Below, one piece after another: positions 28,961 to 40,356 of a stretch of 64,000 bases of DNA (position 1 is its first letter; every line of letters begins with the position of its first letter). Source of the stretch: Octopus sinensis (lineage: Eukaryota). The DNA lies in assembly GCF_006345805.1 (NCBI RefSeq), contig NC_042998.1, positions 85,250,001 to 85,314,000 on the forward strand. Direction: 5' to 3'. The translations under genes were made by a program, and so were the position numbers. The notes beneath the pieces were generated by a model. It worked only from the letters and a program-made list of their open reading frames with translations. It searched no databases and had not been told where the DNA came from.

Positions 28961-30120
28961 TACTTTTAAATCTGCATGTTTGTTGCAATCACTTGCTAGG
29001 ACACACCCAGTGTCTTGGAGTGAGTGAAGGATAAGAGATGTTACAGTGTGACTGAAAGCTTGTGGGAAGAGGAGTGGCAGTAGCAAAATATATTCATGTA
29101 ATACAACACAGACATTTAAATGGATAGGGTTTTTCTAAGGATGTGGGTAGTACGTGTCAGCACAATCTTTTGAATTTCTCTGAGACCTGGTTTTCCTGGG
29201 ATCTTATCTATATTTTTCTGACATCTCTTTTTTTTTTTTATCATACCTAGGGCACCGAAAATAACAGGAACAGTTCTTGCTTTGACATGCCACATCTTTT
29301 GTATTTCAATTTCAAGGTCCTTATATTTACTTAGTTTGTCAAATTCCTTTACAGATATATTTTTATCAGTGGGAGTATCTATTAGTCTACAAGTATTTTC
29401 TTCCTTGTCTTTAATAATTATGTCTGGTTGATTAACCCAGATCATTCTGTCAGTATTGACTGGAGAATACCAGAGGATTGCTGATTTTGTACTGTTTACA
29501 TATTTTCCAATGTAAATGCTGTCCTACCCTATCATGGCGACTTTTGTATTCATTTGGTGTCAGCACAGGACATCCTGAGACAAGATGGTCAATTGTTTCA
29601 TCAAATGTATTGCAGAATCTGCATTTAGGATCAGAACTGTTTTGAAGAATGCTAGCTTGGCAGTTTTTTTGCAAGCAAGCTTTGATCTTGTGCTGCCAAT
29701 ATGAAACCTTTAGTGTCTGCTTTCAGTCCTGAACCTCTCAGTCACTGATGTGTTGTTGCTTGGGCTACATCAGCACTTTGACTTGAGAGTATATACTGTC
29801 CATGCTGAAGCTTCTGGCTCCACTGCTCCTCAATTTGTTCTGCCTGTTCTTTTTTGCAGTCTGCTTGATCCATTTTGTTTGTTTTGTAGCAGTGGTTCCA
29901 GGTTCTTCATCTATTTTGAGGTTAATGCCAAGTTCCCTTGTGAATTTGCGAGCTTCCTTGACAATAGAATGTAATTTTCACTGTTTTCGTGTTTGCACAC
30001 AAGCCACAGCATTTAGTCCTCTGTACAAGGTAAGTACCTGTTCATTGCTAATGTGGAGGTCTTATAGTACAATTCTACCTACATCATTCTTCTTCTCTCA
30101 TTACTTCTAGGGAGGTAGGT
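28961..30120 (-). mobile_element. 5'-truncated, decayed R4/Dong-clade non-LTR retrotransposon (post-RT region, CCHC knuckle, restriction-like endonuclease, 3' UTR)
   Basis: Broken frames read YLPRSN..., W.QKLQHGQY, GLKADTKGFILAAQDQSL, CRFCNTFDETIDHLVSGC, RHDRV..LHWKICK, NQPDIIIKDK..C.LID.PTDKNISVKEFDKLSKYKDLEIEIQKMW, VPVIFGALG. Stops and frameshifts are present, and both flanks are TAA/TGA-type repeats on the element strand. Confidence 0.9.
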
Positions 30121-30932
30121 ATTATATTATCATCATCATCATCATCACCATAATTCTGTGCATATTTGGTCATGTCAGCAGCCTTTTTTGAAAAAAAACT
30201 TGACTGAAGAATGTTCAAGCTTTTCTCATGGGCATTAGTTGTGTAAGTGATGAGAATTAATCTCAATACAAAACTGAACTTGGAACAGCTTCCTTCAGCC
30301 TATAGCTTATAATTTTTTGTTGTACAAACATTTATCATGTTTCCAAAAGATAATAGAATATGAAGAGAAGACAACATATATGATCATCTATCTTAACCTA
30401 ACCATCTATATATATTTTAGCATCACACACAAACATCTATTTCCTTTCATATCATTTTAACATCAATTTTTTTTATCTGTTGAGGAACTGGCTGGACCTG
30501 GTTGAACTTAATTCTCAGAGTTTGTTAAACATTATCAATCAACTGACAATGAAAATAGATTTGAATCAATCATATTTGCAGACATAAATCTTTGTGTGTG
30601 TGAGAGAGAGAGAGAGAGAGGAAGAGGTTCTTTTTTTTTATATATCTTTTGCTCAGAAGAAAAGGGTAGGACCCATAATTTTTTGTAGTATCTCTGAGAC
30701 TTATAGGAAGGAAGGAGGGATGACGGTATCCTCAAATCAGAGACGAGGATCATATGCTTGCAACAAAGTGGATTTGATTAAAAGCACCCAAGGGCTATGT
30801 AGTAGCTGGTATAAAACTGAGCATATAAACAAAAGGGAAAGAGAGTACTCAATAGAAAAAGCAAATGTGAAAGTCAGAGGCGACATAGAGAAGTTTCAGC
30901 TTTTAATACATTAATATGAGGATGTCTGCATA

Positions 30933-30963
<31 letters not shown>

Positions 30964-31160
30964 AGGAGGGAGGGAGAGGGGATACAAACAGACAGAAAGA
31001 CAAGCAGAGATTTAAATGAAAAGACTACAGATGTCAGGATTGAAACTGAAGTCAGGCAATTACTTATCAGACAGTTTTCTAGTAAAACCACTTTAAAGCA
31101 AATAATCTAAAAACTGTCAAAGAATTTTTACATACACACACACACTAACATACACACACA

Positions 31161-31197
<37 letters not shown>

Positions 31198-31763
31198 GCT
31201 CACACATGCACAAACATATATGCTCAAGCAACACAAAAATATATAAGCTTAAGCACACAAATATACATACCCAGATCTACATAGGTACATATATACACAC
31301 ATATAAACACAGATTTAAATATATAAGTGCACACACACATATACACACTTGTATACACATACATATATTATTCATTGATAGCACTACTTTGTGAAACCTA
31401 ACAAGATTGTCTAGACAAATAAAAGTAGAATTTTTACAATATCTACATTATTGATGGCATCTATCAAAAGGAAGGTGGAAGGAAGAGAAATATCAATAAT
31501 TCTAGCACTTAACTATTAATGTATTTGTATAAAACGAATACGATACAGAACAGACATTAAGTAAAGAGATGTCCGCACTGTTTGAGAAGAAGCGTAAACA
31601 AATAAACATATAAACAAAGTTTTTAAAAAATAATAACATCAAGTCAATGGAAAAACAACACCAAAATCATAAATATATATATCACTAAAAAAGTAACATA
31701 AAAAAACACTATTTATAGGTCTATTATAATTATTGTACAAACACAGACAAGTACAAGTGTGAG

Positions 31764-31796
<33 letters not shown>

Positions 31797-32128
31797 TATG
31801 TATGTATATATATAAAATGGTTCTAACAGTTTGTTTTTTGTTTGTAGTGTTTATAAATAGTAAACATGAATATAGAGTGGGTTTTTTTTTTTTTTAGATT
31901 TCTTTCCTTAATTAGAGACTTCTGTTATTGCTATGAATATAATAGGTACAGACACATACACACACACATCAGTGAAGAGACACCTACATAGTCTCATTGA
32001 AGCTATTCAAACAAAGACTATTGGGGTGGAGGGGTGGGGGTCATGAATTGTGATAAGTATTTGGACAATCTTTGAAATTCAGACCTGAGGGTATTTTGTA
32101 GACAGCCACATAACTTATTATTATTATT

Positions 32129-32525
32129 ATGAGCTGGCAGAAGCACTAACATACCAAACAAAATGCTTGGGTTCAAATTCTGTCATGCTTGACTTTGCTT
32201 TTATCCTTTGGGGTCAATAAAATAAGTACCAGTTGGACTCTGGGGACAATGTAATTGACTTAGCCCCTTCTCTGAAATTGCTGGCCTTGGGCCAAAATTT
32301 GAAACCATTATTATTATTACTGTTGTTTTGAGCTGGCAGAATCGTTAACACACCAAGCAAAATGCCTAGTGGCATTTTGTCTGTTTTTACATTCTGGGCT
32401 CAAATTCCACTGAAGTCGACTTTGCCGTTCATTCTTTTGTGGTTGATAAAAAAAGTACCTGTTGTGCACTGTGTTCAATTTAACTGAGTTAGTCTCTCCC
32501 CCAAACCTGCTGGCCAAAATTTGAA

Positions 32526-32561
<36 letters not shown>

Positions 32562-33706
32562 AAGGCAGCGAGCTGGCAGAGCCGTTACTGTGCCAGACAA
32601 AATGCTTAGCAGCATTTCTTTCAGCTCAATATGTTCTGTGTTCAAATTTCACTGAGGTCAACTTTTCCTTTCATTCTTTCGGTGCAGATAAAATAAGTAT
32701 CAGTCAAGTACTGTGGTCAATGTAATCAAATTCCAGGCCTTGTGTCTATAGTAGAAAGAATTATCATTATTGTTATTGTATCATTGTTGCTGTTGTTGTT
32801 ATTAAGGCAACAAGCTGGCAGAATCTTAGGATGTCTGACAAAATGCTTTGCATATTTGTTCTGCCTTTTTACATTCTAATTTGATTTCAAATCTTGCTAA
32901 AGTTAACTAAGGCTTTCATTCCTTCAGGAGTGATTAAATAAAAGTACCAGTCAGATAATGGATCAATATAATTGATTCCATCCCCACCTCAAAATTGTTG
33001 GCCTAGTGTTAAAATTAGAATAATTATTATTTTTATCATTATTATTCAGACAGTGAACTAGCAGAATTAGTAGCACACTGGACAAAATACTTAGTGATAT
33101 TTTACCTGTCGCAACATTCTGAGTTCAAATTCTACCAAGGTTGACTTTACCTTTCATCTTTTCAAGGTTGATAAAATAAGTACCATTTGAACACTAGGGT
33201 CGATGTAATCGACTTGCCCCCTCCCTCAAAATATCAGGTCTCATGCCTATAGTAGAAAGGATTAGAGAAATTTTGGCTATTATATTATTATTATTATAAG
33301 GTGGCAAGCTGGTTGAATCATTTGTATGCTGGACGAAATGCTTAGTAGTATTTCACCCGTTGCTCTGTTCCGAGTACAAATTCTGTTGAGGTTGACTTTG
33401 CCTTTCATGGTACCAATTGAACACTGGCTTTGACGTAATCGATTCATCCCCTCCACCAAAATTGCTGCCCTTATGGCAACATTTGAAACCGTTATTATTA
33501 TAATCATTATCAATGAAATGAGCTGGCAGAATTGTTAGCATGCTTGGCAAAATGTTTAGCAGCATTTTGTCCATCTTTATGTTCTGAGTTCAAATTCCGC
33601 CGAGATTGACTTTGCCTTTCATCCTCTTGGGGTCAATGTAATTGACCAGTCCCCTCCACCAATATTTCAGGCCTTGTGCCTTTATTAGAAAGGATTATTA
33701 TTATTG
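32129..33706 (+). mobile_element. Head-to-tail array of 7 family-B SINEs
   Basis: Heads (gagctggcagaa-like) at ~32129, 32328, 32562, 32803, 33048, 33298 and 33515, each following an (ATT)n-type tract. Confidence 0.9.
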
Positions 33707-33724
33707 TGCTCACATTGGATCATA

Positions 33725-34227
33725 GGGCGACCTGCTGTGCTTGAGGAGACCTATTGAGTCAAGTACATCAACATCAAATAAAAATCAAATGGAAATTGTA
33801 GTTGTGATACACGTGCCGGTGGCAGTGAGCTGGCAGAGCCGTTACAAAAGAACGAACCACAATATCAACTACAAAAGAATGAACAGCAAAGTCGACTTCA
33901 GTGAAATTTGAACCCAGAATGTAAAAACAGACAAAATGCCACTAGGCATTGGTGTGTTAACGATTGATTGGCATCCATGCCAGTGGCACGTAAAAAGCAC
34001 CAATTGATCATGGACGTTTCCAGCCTCCTCAGGCCCCTGTGCTGGTGGCACATAAAAAGCACCCACTACACTCACAGAGCAGTTAGCATTAGAAAGGGCA
34101 TCCAGCAGTAGAAACACTGCCAGATCAGACTGGAGCCAGGTGCAGCCTCCTGGCTTCCCAGGCCCCAGTTGAACTGTCCAACCCATGCTAGCATGGAAAA
34201 CGGACGTTAAACAATGATGATGATGAT
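33725..34227 (+). mobile_element. RTE-related short element (family C, (GAT)n tail) interrupted by an insertion
   Basis: gctgtgcttgaggagacc..; tggcacgtaaaaagcacc repeats; aagggcatccagc..tccaacccatgctagcatggaaaacggacgttaaac(gat)n. Confidence 0.8.
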
Positions 34228-34237
34228 TAATAATTAT

Positions 34238-34826
34238 AAACCTTTCTACTAAAGGCACAAGACCTGAAATTTTTGGAGAGGGCTTAAGTCAATTGCATCT
34301 ACCTGAATACTCAACCGGTACTTATTTCCTTGACCCCAAAAGAAAGAAAGGCAAAGTCGACCTCAGAGGAATTTGACAATAATAATAATGGTTTAAAATT
34401 TTGTCACAAGGGCAGCCATTTTAGGGGAGGAGATAAGACGATTACATTGACTCCAGTGTTTCACTGGTACTAAATTTATCAACCCTGAAATGATGAAAGG
34501 CAAAGCTAACCTCAGCAGAATTTGAACCCAGAACATAAAGATGGGCAAAATACCGCTAAGTATTTTTCCAGGTGTGCTAACGATTCTCCAGCTTGCTGTC
34601 ATAATAATAATAATAATAATTTCTATTATAGGCACAAGGCCTGGAATTTGGGGAGGGGGTAGTTGATTACATCGACCCCAGTGTTTCACTGGTACTCAAT
34701 TTATCGACCTTGAAAGGATGAAAGGCAAAGTTGACCTCAGTGGAATTTGAACTCAGAATGTAGCAGTGAGTAAAATACCACTAAGCATTTCATCCCGCAT
34801 GCTAACGATTCTGCCAGCTTGCCGCC

Positions 34827-34827
<1 letters not shown>
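34238..34827 (-). mobile_element. Array of 3 family-B SINEs, reverse orientation (one truncated)
   Basis: aaaggcaaagtcgacctcag..gaatttga occurs three times with (AAT)n separators. Confidence 0.9.
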
Positions 34828-34869
<42 letters not shown>

Positions 34870-34880
34870 CAACAACAACA

Positions 34881-35170
34881 AAGTGAATTGGCTGAAGTGC
34901 TAGTATTGGAAAAAATGCTTTGCAGTACTTCTTCCATTACATTCTGAGTTCAAATCTTGCCAAGATCAACTTTCCTTTTCATCTATTCAGAGTTGATAAA
35001 ATGAAATATCAGTCAAGTACTGGGGGCTGGCTACTGATACTGATTAACCCACCTCCCACCAAGACTTATAGCCTTGTGCCCAGATTAAAAGCCATTATGA
35101 AAAGCGGCAAGCTGGCAGAATTTTTAGAGCATTGGAAAAATGCCCTGAATTCATTTTTGGTGTGTGGCTT
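34881..35170 (+). mobile_element. Family-B SINE plus the head of a second copy
   Basis: attctgagttcaaatcttgccaagatcaactttccttttcatc; second head gcggcaagctggcagaa. Confidence 0.75.
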
Positions 35171-35336
35171 TGGTATAATTAAGAGAGGACAGCCATGGCT
35201 GAAAGTGCTAAATGAAGGTGTTAGGTGTTATCCCACTACCTTGATGGCTGAAGTTCAGGGAAAAGTGAAAATAATTATGTGTTGAAAAAGTGATGATAAA
35301 GAAGTTAATGATACATTTGATGATTACGCCAATAAT

Positions 35337-35341
<5 letters not shown>

Positions 35342-35427
<86 letters not shown>
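35342..35427. repeat. Pure (TA)n of ~76 bp followed by (CA)n
   Basis: Seen directly. Confidence 0.98.
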
Positions 35428-37258
35428 TTCGCTTGCAATAATTAAAACCAATTTTTTTTCCTGTTTCAATTTTCATACGATAATGTTTCACACGGATAGA
35501 CTTCTGTGTCATTAATCAAAAGTTTAGTTTTATCTTGATTATAGAGGAAATAGAAATTCAAAAATGCCTTTTGATAACAACTAAGGTTTTCTTATTCATT
35601 TATTTATTATTAATTTTTTTTTTGTCCTTTCCATCACACTTTTTACTCACATTAATCAGTAAGAATACATTCTCAGAATTTAACTCAATTCTTAAACAAA
35701 AATGTTACACCTCTGCCTATGATGGAGATGTCACAAGAAGAAATTCTGCAGCAAATACCATCATAGCAAACCAAACATTTAGAGAAATTTTAGCCATCAT
35801 ATACCCACAGCAAGTCATATGGCATTTGAAAAAAGGTTGGTCTCTGTATTGAGGCTGTAGGGTGGAGACACTGTTCAGATAATAAAAAAAAAAGGAAAAA
35901 TTTTGTTTTATCTCCTCTTATTCATGGAACTTTATATACAGTATAATGTTTTTAGTAGATACAAATGTGTTATATAAAGTAAGTAGGATATTTTTTGAAG
36001 TTGATGTCTTTCCTAAGGACATTCATCAGTAAATGTAACTGAAGTGAAGCAGCTTCCCTCTAGCAGGAACTGAAAGATATCTGTTTCAAGTTTGATATAG
36101 GCTTGCCTGTTGCTTCACCCACATTGTCACTGCAATATAATAGCTTATGTGTTCCTCTTGATGAGGCAATCAGGCCAATTTCCTCAGGAGGGTAGGATAC
36201 TGATGGTTTTTTGTATTTTATCTAGGTGTGATTTCACTTCAGATGGACTAATATGCTATAAGGTATTTTATTTAGCCAAAAGCTCTAATTTTCCAGTCAA
36301 TTCATTGCTTCACAATAAAATATCAGATATATTCTCTGATCAGTTCTTCTTCATACAATAACAATGGAATAATAGAGTAATTAACAACCACCAACAACAA
36401 CAAGTGGAATGTCTTACAGAAAAGTATAAATACTTCTTGAATAGCAACTAATGTCTGCAATTCCAGTGTATTGTTCAAGAGAGTGTTAAGTGCTTTGTTG
36501 TTTTTAACAGATTCAATTTCAACTTCAATAGAATGTGGGTCTGAGAATGTCTAAGAGGAAGATACCTGTAGGTGGATGGTTAACTTATTTTGAGAAAAGG
36601 TGAGGGGGAGGGAGCAGAGAAAAATAAAATAAAAAATAAAAGCCAGTTTAGTCTAAAATGAAATGCTAAGCTATATCAGAACTAAACCATTTGCAGTATG
36701 CAAATGACTCCAACAGCTGTTGCTTGAGAATATAATAGAAACGAGTTGAAGATTCAATTTACTTAAGCACAGTAGTACTTCAGCATGATTTTAACAGACA
36801 CTGGTTAAAAATCTCCTGAAGCACTGACATGACTTTACATTATTATCGCTGTAATTATTATCATTCTTTTTTTTTTTGTTTGGTTTCAACAGCTTCTTTC
36901 TTTCTTCCATGTTTTTTATCTCATTTTTTTCTTCTTTTATACACAATACTAAAATATTGATTTATTTTGACTAAGCACAAAGTCGACATTTGCAAGTAAA
37001 AAAAAAAAAAGAAAAAGAGCAATGGGGGTTTAGACAGTGGATTAAACTGACTCCAGTACCATGCTTTACTATAACTTTATTACTTGTTCTATATTCCAGT
37101 ATATTATTTTGTTGGATTTGGCTAAGTGTCAAAAATTGACCTATCCAGGATTTGAACCAGACTATATATAAAATACAAAAGAACAAATCCTGCAAAATTC
37201 TACGGACAGGTGTATAGCGTAAGCAACTTTGTCATGGAATAGCCATGTAATAAACATA

Positions 37259-37447
37259 CAAAGCTGTTAAATTCAAGTTTTGTGCCTTGAATTAGTGTAA
37301 TATTCATTGTCCATCTGTGACCTAGCCACTGACACACAACTTCACTGCAACATCTGGAACTGTGTCGATACTAGGTTCAAGCTGTCCAACAGAAATTTTG
37401 ACACTTCATGAAATAAATTTAAATTTTAAGTGAATTTAACAGCCTTG
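37259..37447. mobile_element. MITE with 17-bp terminal inverted repeats, possible TA target
   Basis: caaagctgttaaattca ... tgaatttaacagccttg; left flank ta, right flank tg. Confidence 0.6.
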
Positions 37448-37619
37448 TGTCTGATCAAATAGCTGTGGTTGCTTTAGTTTCAACATGTGGTCTCAGATCA
37501 AGTCACAAGTGACACAACTCCGAAATATATAATTTTAGAAAATTTCAAACAGAAATTTTAGATGTCAATAATGTTGATTTCTCACATGGATACAAATACT
37601 GAAATTTGAATAAAAATCG

Positions 37620-37830
37620 TTTCAAATTTGGCACAGAGCTACCTGTTTCTGCGGAGATGGGGAAGTCAATTATATCGACTCCAATGCTGGACTGGTACTT
37701 ATTTTAACAACACTAAAAGGATGAAAGGCAAAGTCAACCTAGACAAAACTTGAACTTAGAATGTAAAGCTGGAAAAAATATCATTAAGCATTTTGTCCAA
37801 TGTGATAACGATTCTACTAGCCCACCACCA
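37620..37830 (-). mobile_element. Family-B SINE
   Basis: ctggtacttatttt..aaaggatgaaaggcaaagtcaacct..tgaacttagaa. Confidence 0.8.
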
Positions 37831-39780
37831 CCACAATCATAATAATAACAATAATAATAATAAATATTGATCACCATCATCATTTAATCTCCATTTTTTC
37901 CATGCTTATGGGTCAGATGGAATCTGATGAGGCAAATTCTTCATGGTCAGATGCCTTTCTTGTTGCCAGCCTTCATTTGTTTCCAACTAAAAAAATTTCT
38001 CCATAGCCAGACATGATTTTCATAGAAGAAACAAACAACATGACAGTAATCCTCATTCACAACCATCATGTGATGGCAAGGCAAAGGTACACATAAACAC
38101 ACAAAAACACACATACATATGTGATAGGCTTCTTTCAGTTTCCATCTGCCAAATCCACTCACAAGGCTTTGGTCAACTCAGGACCACAATAAAAGACACA
38201 GTAGGACTGAACACAAAGCTGAAAAGCAAATTTCTAAATCATACAGTTACACTTGAAAGTCAGCAGATGACAGTCAGAACCAAGATCCAGTTGCAATGGT
38301 AATGCAGACCAAAATGATTACATTGTGGACTCTGGTTTAAAACTGACTGGTGAAATAATTTCAGACTCATAAGGAATTGTTCTTGACACTGCAAACTAGT
38401 AAATCACTTGTCAATTTTATAGTGCTAGTTGTCTTGATTTTAATTATAGCTAGGAGAGGGCCACATATAAATTCAGTATTTTAGTTGTGAACCACACAAT
38501 TCTATTGAGAGTGTATAAGGAACTGTTGACCATTTGTCTTGAAGGTACCTTCAAATAAAATTTTCTTAACTAAAAGGGTCTTTTAATAACCATGGCTTAA
38601 CCAAAAGAGTCTTTTGAAAACCAGATGAAATAAATCTTACCCTAGATAAAGAAAGGCTTATTCCATCACCAATTTCCCTGAACCAAAAGGTTCTTTTAAG
38701 GATGTGGTCTTATACCAAAGATCATGTTTTGCAGTACAGAAGCCCCATTGAAGCATCATAGCTAAAACACTGGATTTTGTTTTCTTTCTCCAAATAAGGG
38801 AAAAATTTTAGGTTGAAAGTGAATTTTTTGCAAATATTATTCAGTAAGTATATCACCTTGTTACTTTCCTTAACTAACTTTTTAAAATTATACAAATTAT
38901 TACTGGTTAAAACTCTTTGTTTTGACTGATTTCTCCAAAAGTAAAATTTCTGTCCACTGACCAAACAGGCCTGAATTTCACTGTTTCACTGACAAGGTCC
39001 AATAAGACCAAAAACATGCTTATAGCTGTTACCCTGCTTAGTAACAGAGATCAGATTTTCTCCCCTTCAAACATTATCATCATCTTATGTCCACTTTCCA
39101 TGCTGGCATTGGTTGGATGGGTTGTCATGGTCCAAGTCATTTCTTATTGGAAGCCACTGCTTCCATAGACTGGTATTCATGTCATTTGGCTTGATTTCTA
39201 CAGCTGGAGATCCTACTTTACATCAACACTTTTATAATGTACTGGGTATGTTTTTCTGTGGTACCAACACTAGAGAGGTTGAATAAAAGGGATCTCAGAA
39301 CCCTACACATTCTCTACTCATTTTCCAACCACTTTACAGTGTGAGTACTAGAGAGATTGCCTCACTCACCAGTCACTCCTGAGGGTGCATGATTAGTTGG
39401 CTTTCTGCTGTGGCACCATTACATGAGAGGTAGTGCTTTGTACACAGAACAATGTAAAGAGTAGTCAGCCAAAAGCACAGAGATCAGTGGGGTGGGGGGA
39501 TGGTGTAGATCAATACCAGCAGCAAAGCCAGAAGTGTGTGAGGGGAGCAATTGTGTAAGTGCAGAGAGTAGTTAATTACCTAGGGTGTATTCAAATTGAT
39601 ATTTTCATGACAATTCTTAATTTCTCAAAATTATTTCCCCCTTTTACATAAGAGCAGTTAACAGTTATGTTTCATTCTTTCTCCAACTAAATTACATAAT
39701 TTGACTAATTGAGAATGTTTTTATATAAATCATTCTGTACATCACTCTATACCTGATTTATCTAAATTAATATCACCTTC

Positions 39781-39975
39781 TGAGTGTTGGGCCTCACGGG
39801 GGCAAAGTGGCCGAGTTCCTTTTGAGTGTTGGGCCTCACAGAAGCAAAGTGGCTGAGTTCCTTTAAAGTGCTGGGCCCCACAGAGGCAAAGTGGCTGGGT
39901 TCCTTTCAAGCATTGGGCCTCACAGAGGCAAAGTGGCTGAGTTCCTTTCGAGTGTTGGGCCACATGGAGGCAATG
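39781..39975. repeat. 42-bp minisatellite, 4 full units plus a partial
   Basis: gagtgttgggcctcacagaggcaaagtggctgagttccttt at ~39781, 39823, 39865, 39907 and 39949. Confidence 0.95.
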
Positions 39976-40356
39976 ACCAAGACCTTTGGTATTATGTTGT
40001 GCTTGAGAAGACCCATTAAGCTGAGCAAAATTGCAGTTGTGACAGATACTGGTGTCATGCAAATTGGCACCTGTGTTGGTGGCACAGAAAAGCATCCTGG
40101 TGTCACACAAATGGCACCCATGCCAGTGACATGTAAAAGCACCTCAGTGTCATGCAAATGGCACCTGTGCTGGTGGCAGATAAAAGCACCCATTACACTA
40201 TCAGAGTGGTTGGTGTTAGGAAGGGCATCCAGCCATAGAAAACCATGCCAAATCAGACTGGAATCTGATGCAGCCTTCCAGCGTACCAGCCCAATCAAAC
40301 TGCCCAACCCATGCTAGCATGGACAATGGACGTTAAATGATGATGTTGATGACGAT
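39781..40356 (+). mobile_element. Family-C (RTE 3'-end-related) element with a 42-bp tandem repeat at its 5' end
   Basis: The 5' part translates as LGLTEA...EAMTK, resembling RTE ORF C-termini; tail aacccatgctagcatgg..gacgttaaatgatgatg. Confidence 0.8.

Noticed and set aside
38641-38677. 37-nt minus-strand microexon (ttcag|...|gtaaga)
   Set aside because: It would shift frame, and its acceptor lies within a local short repeat; there is no independent support.
39742-40317. CRISPR-like array or repeat protein
   Set aside because: The 42-bp units are contiguous without spacers, lie inside a retro-element, and no cas-like ORF is present.
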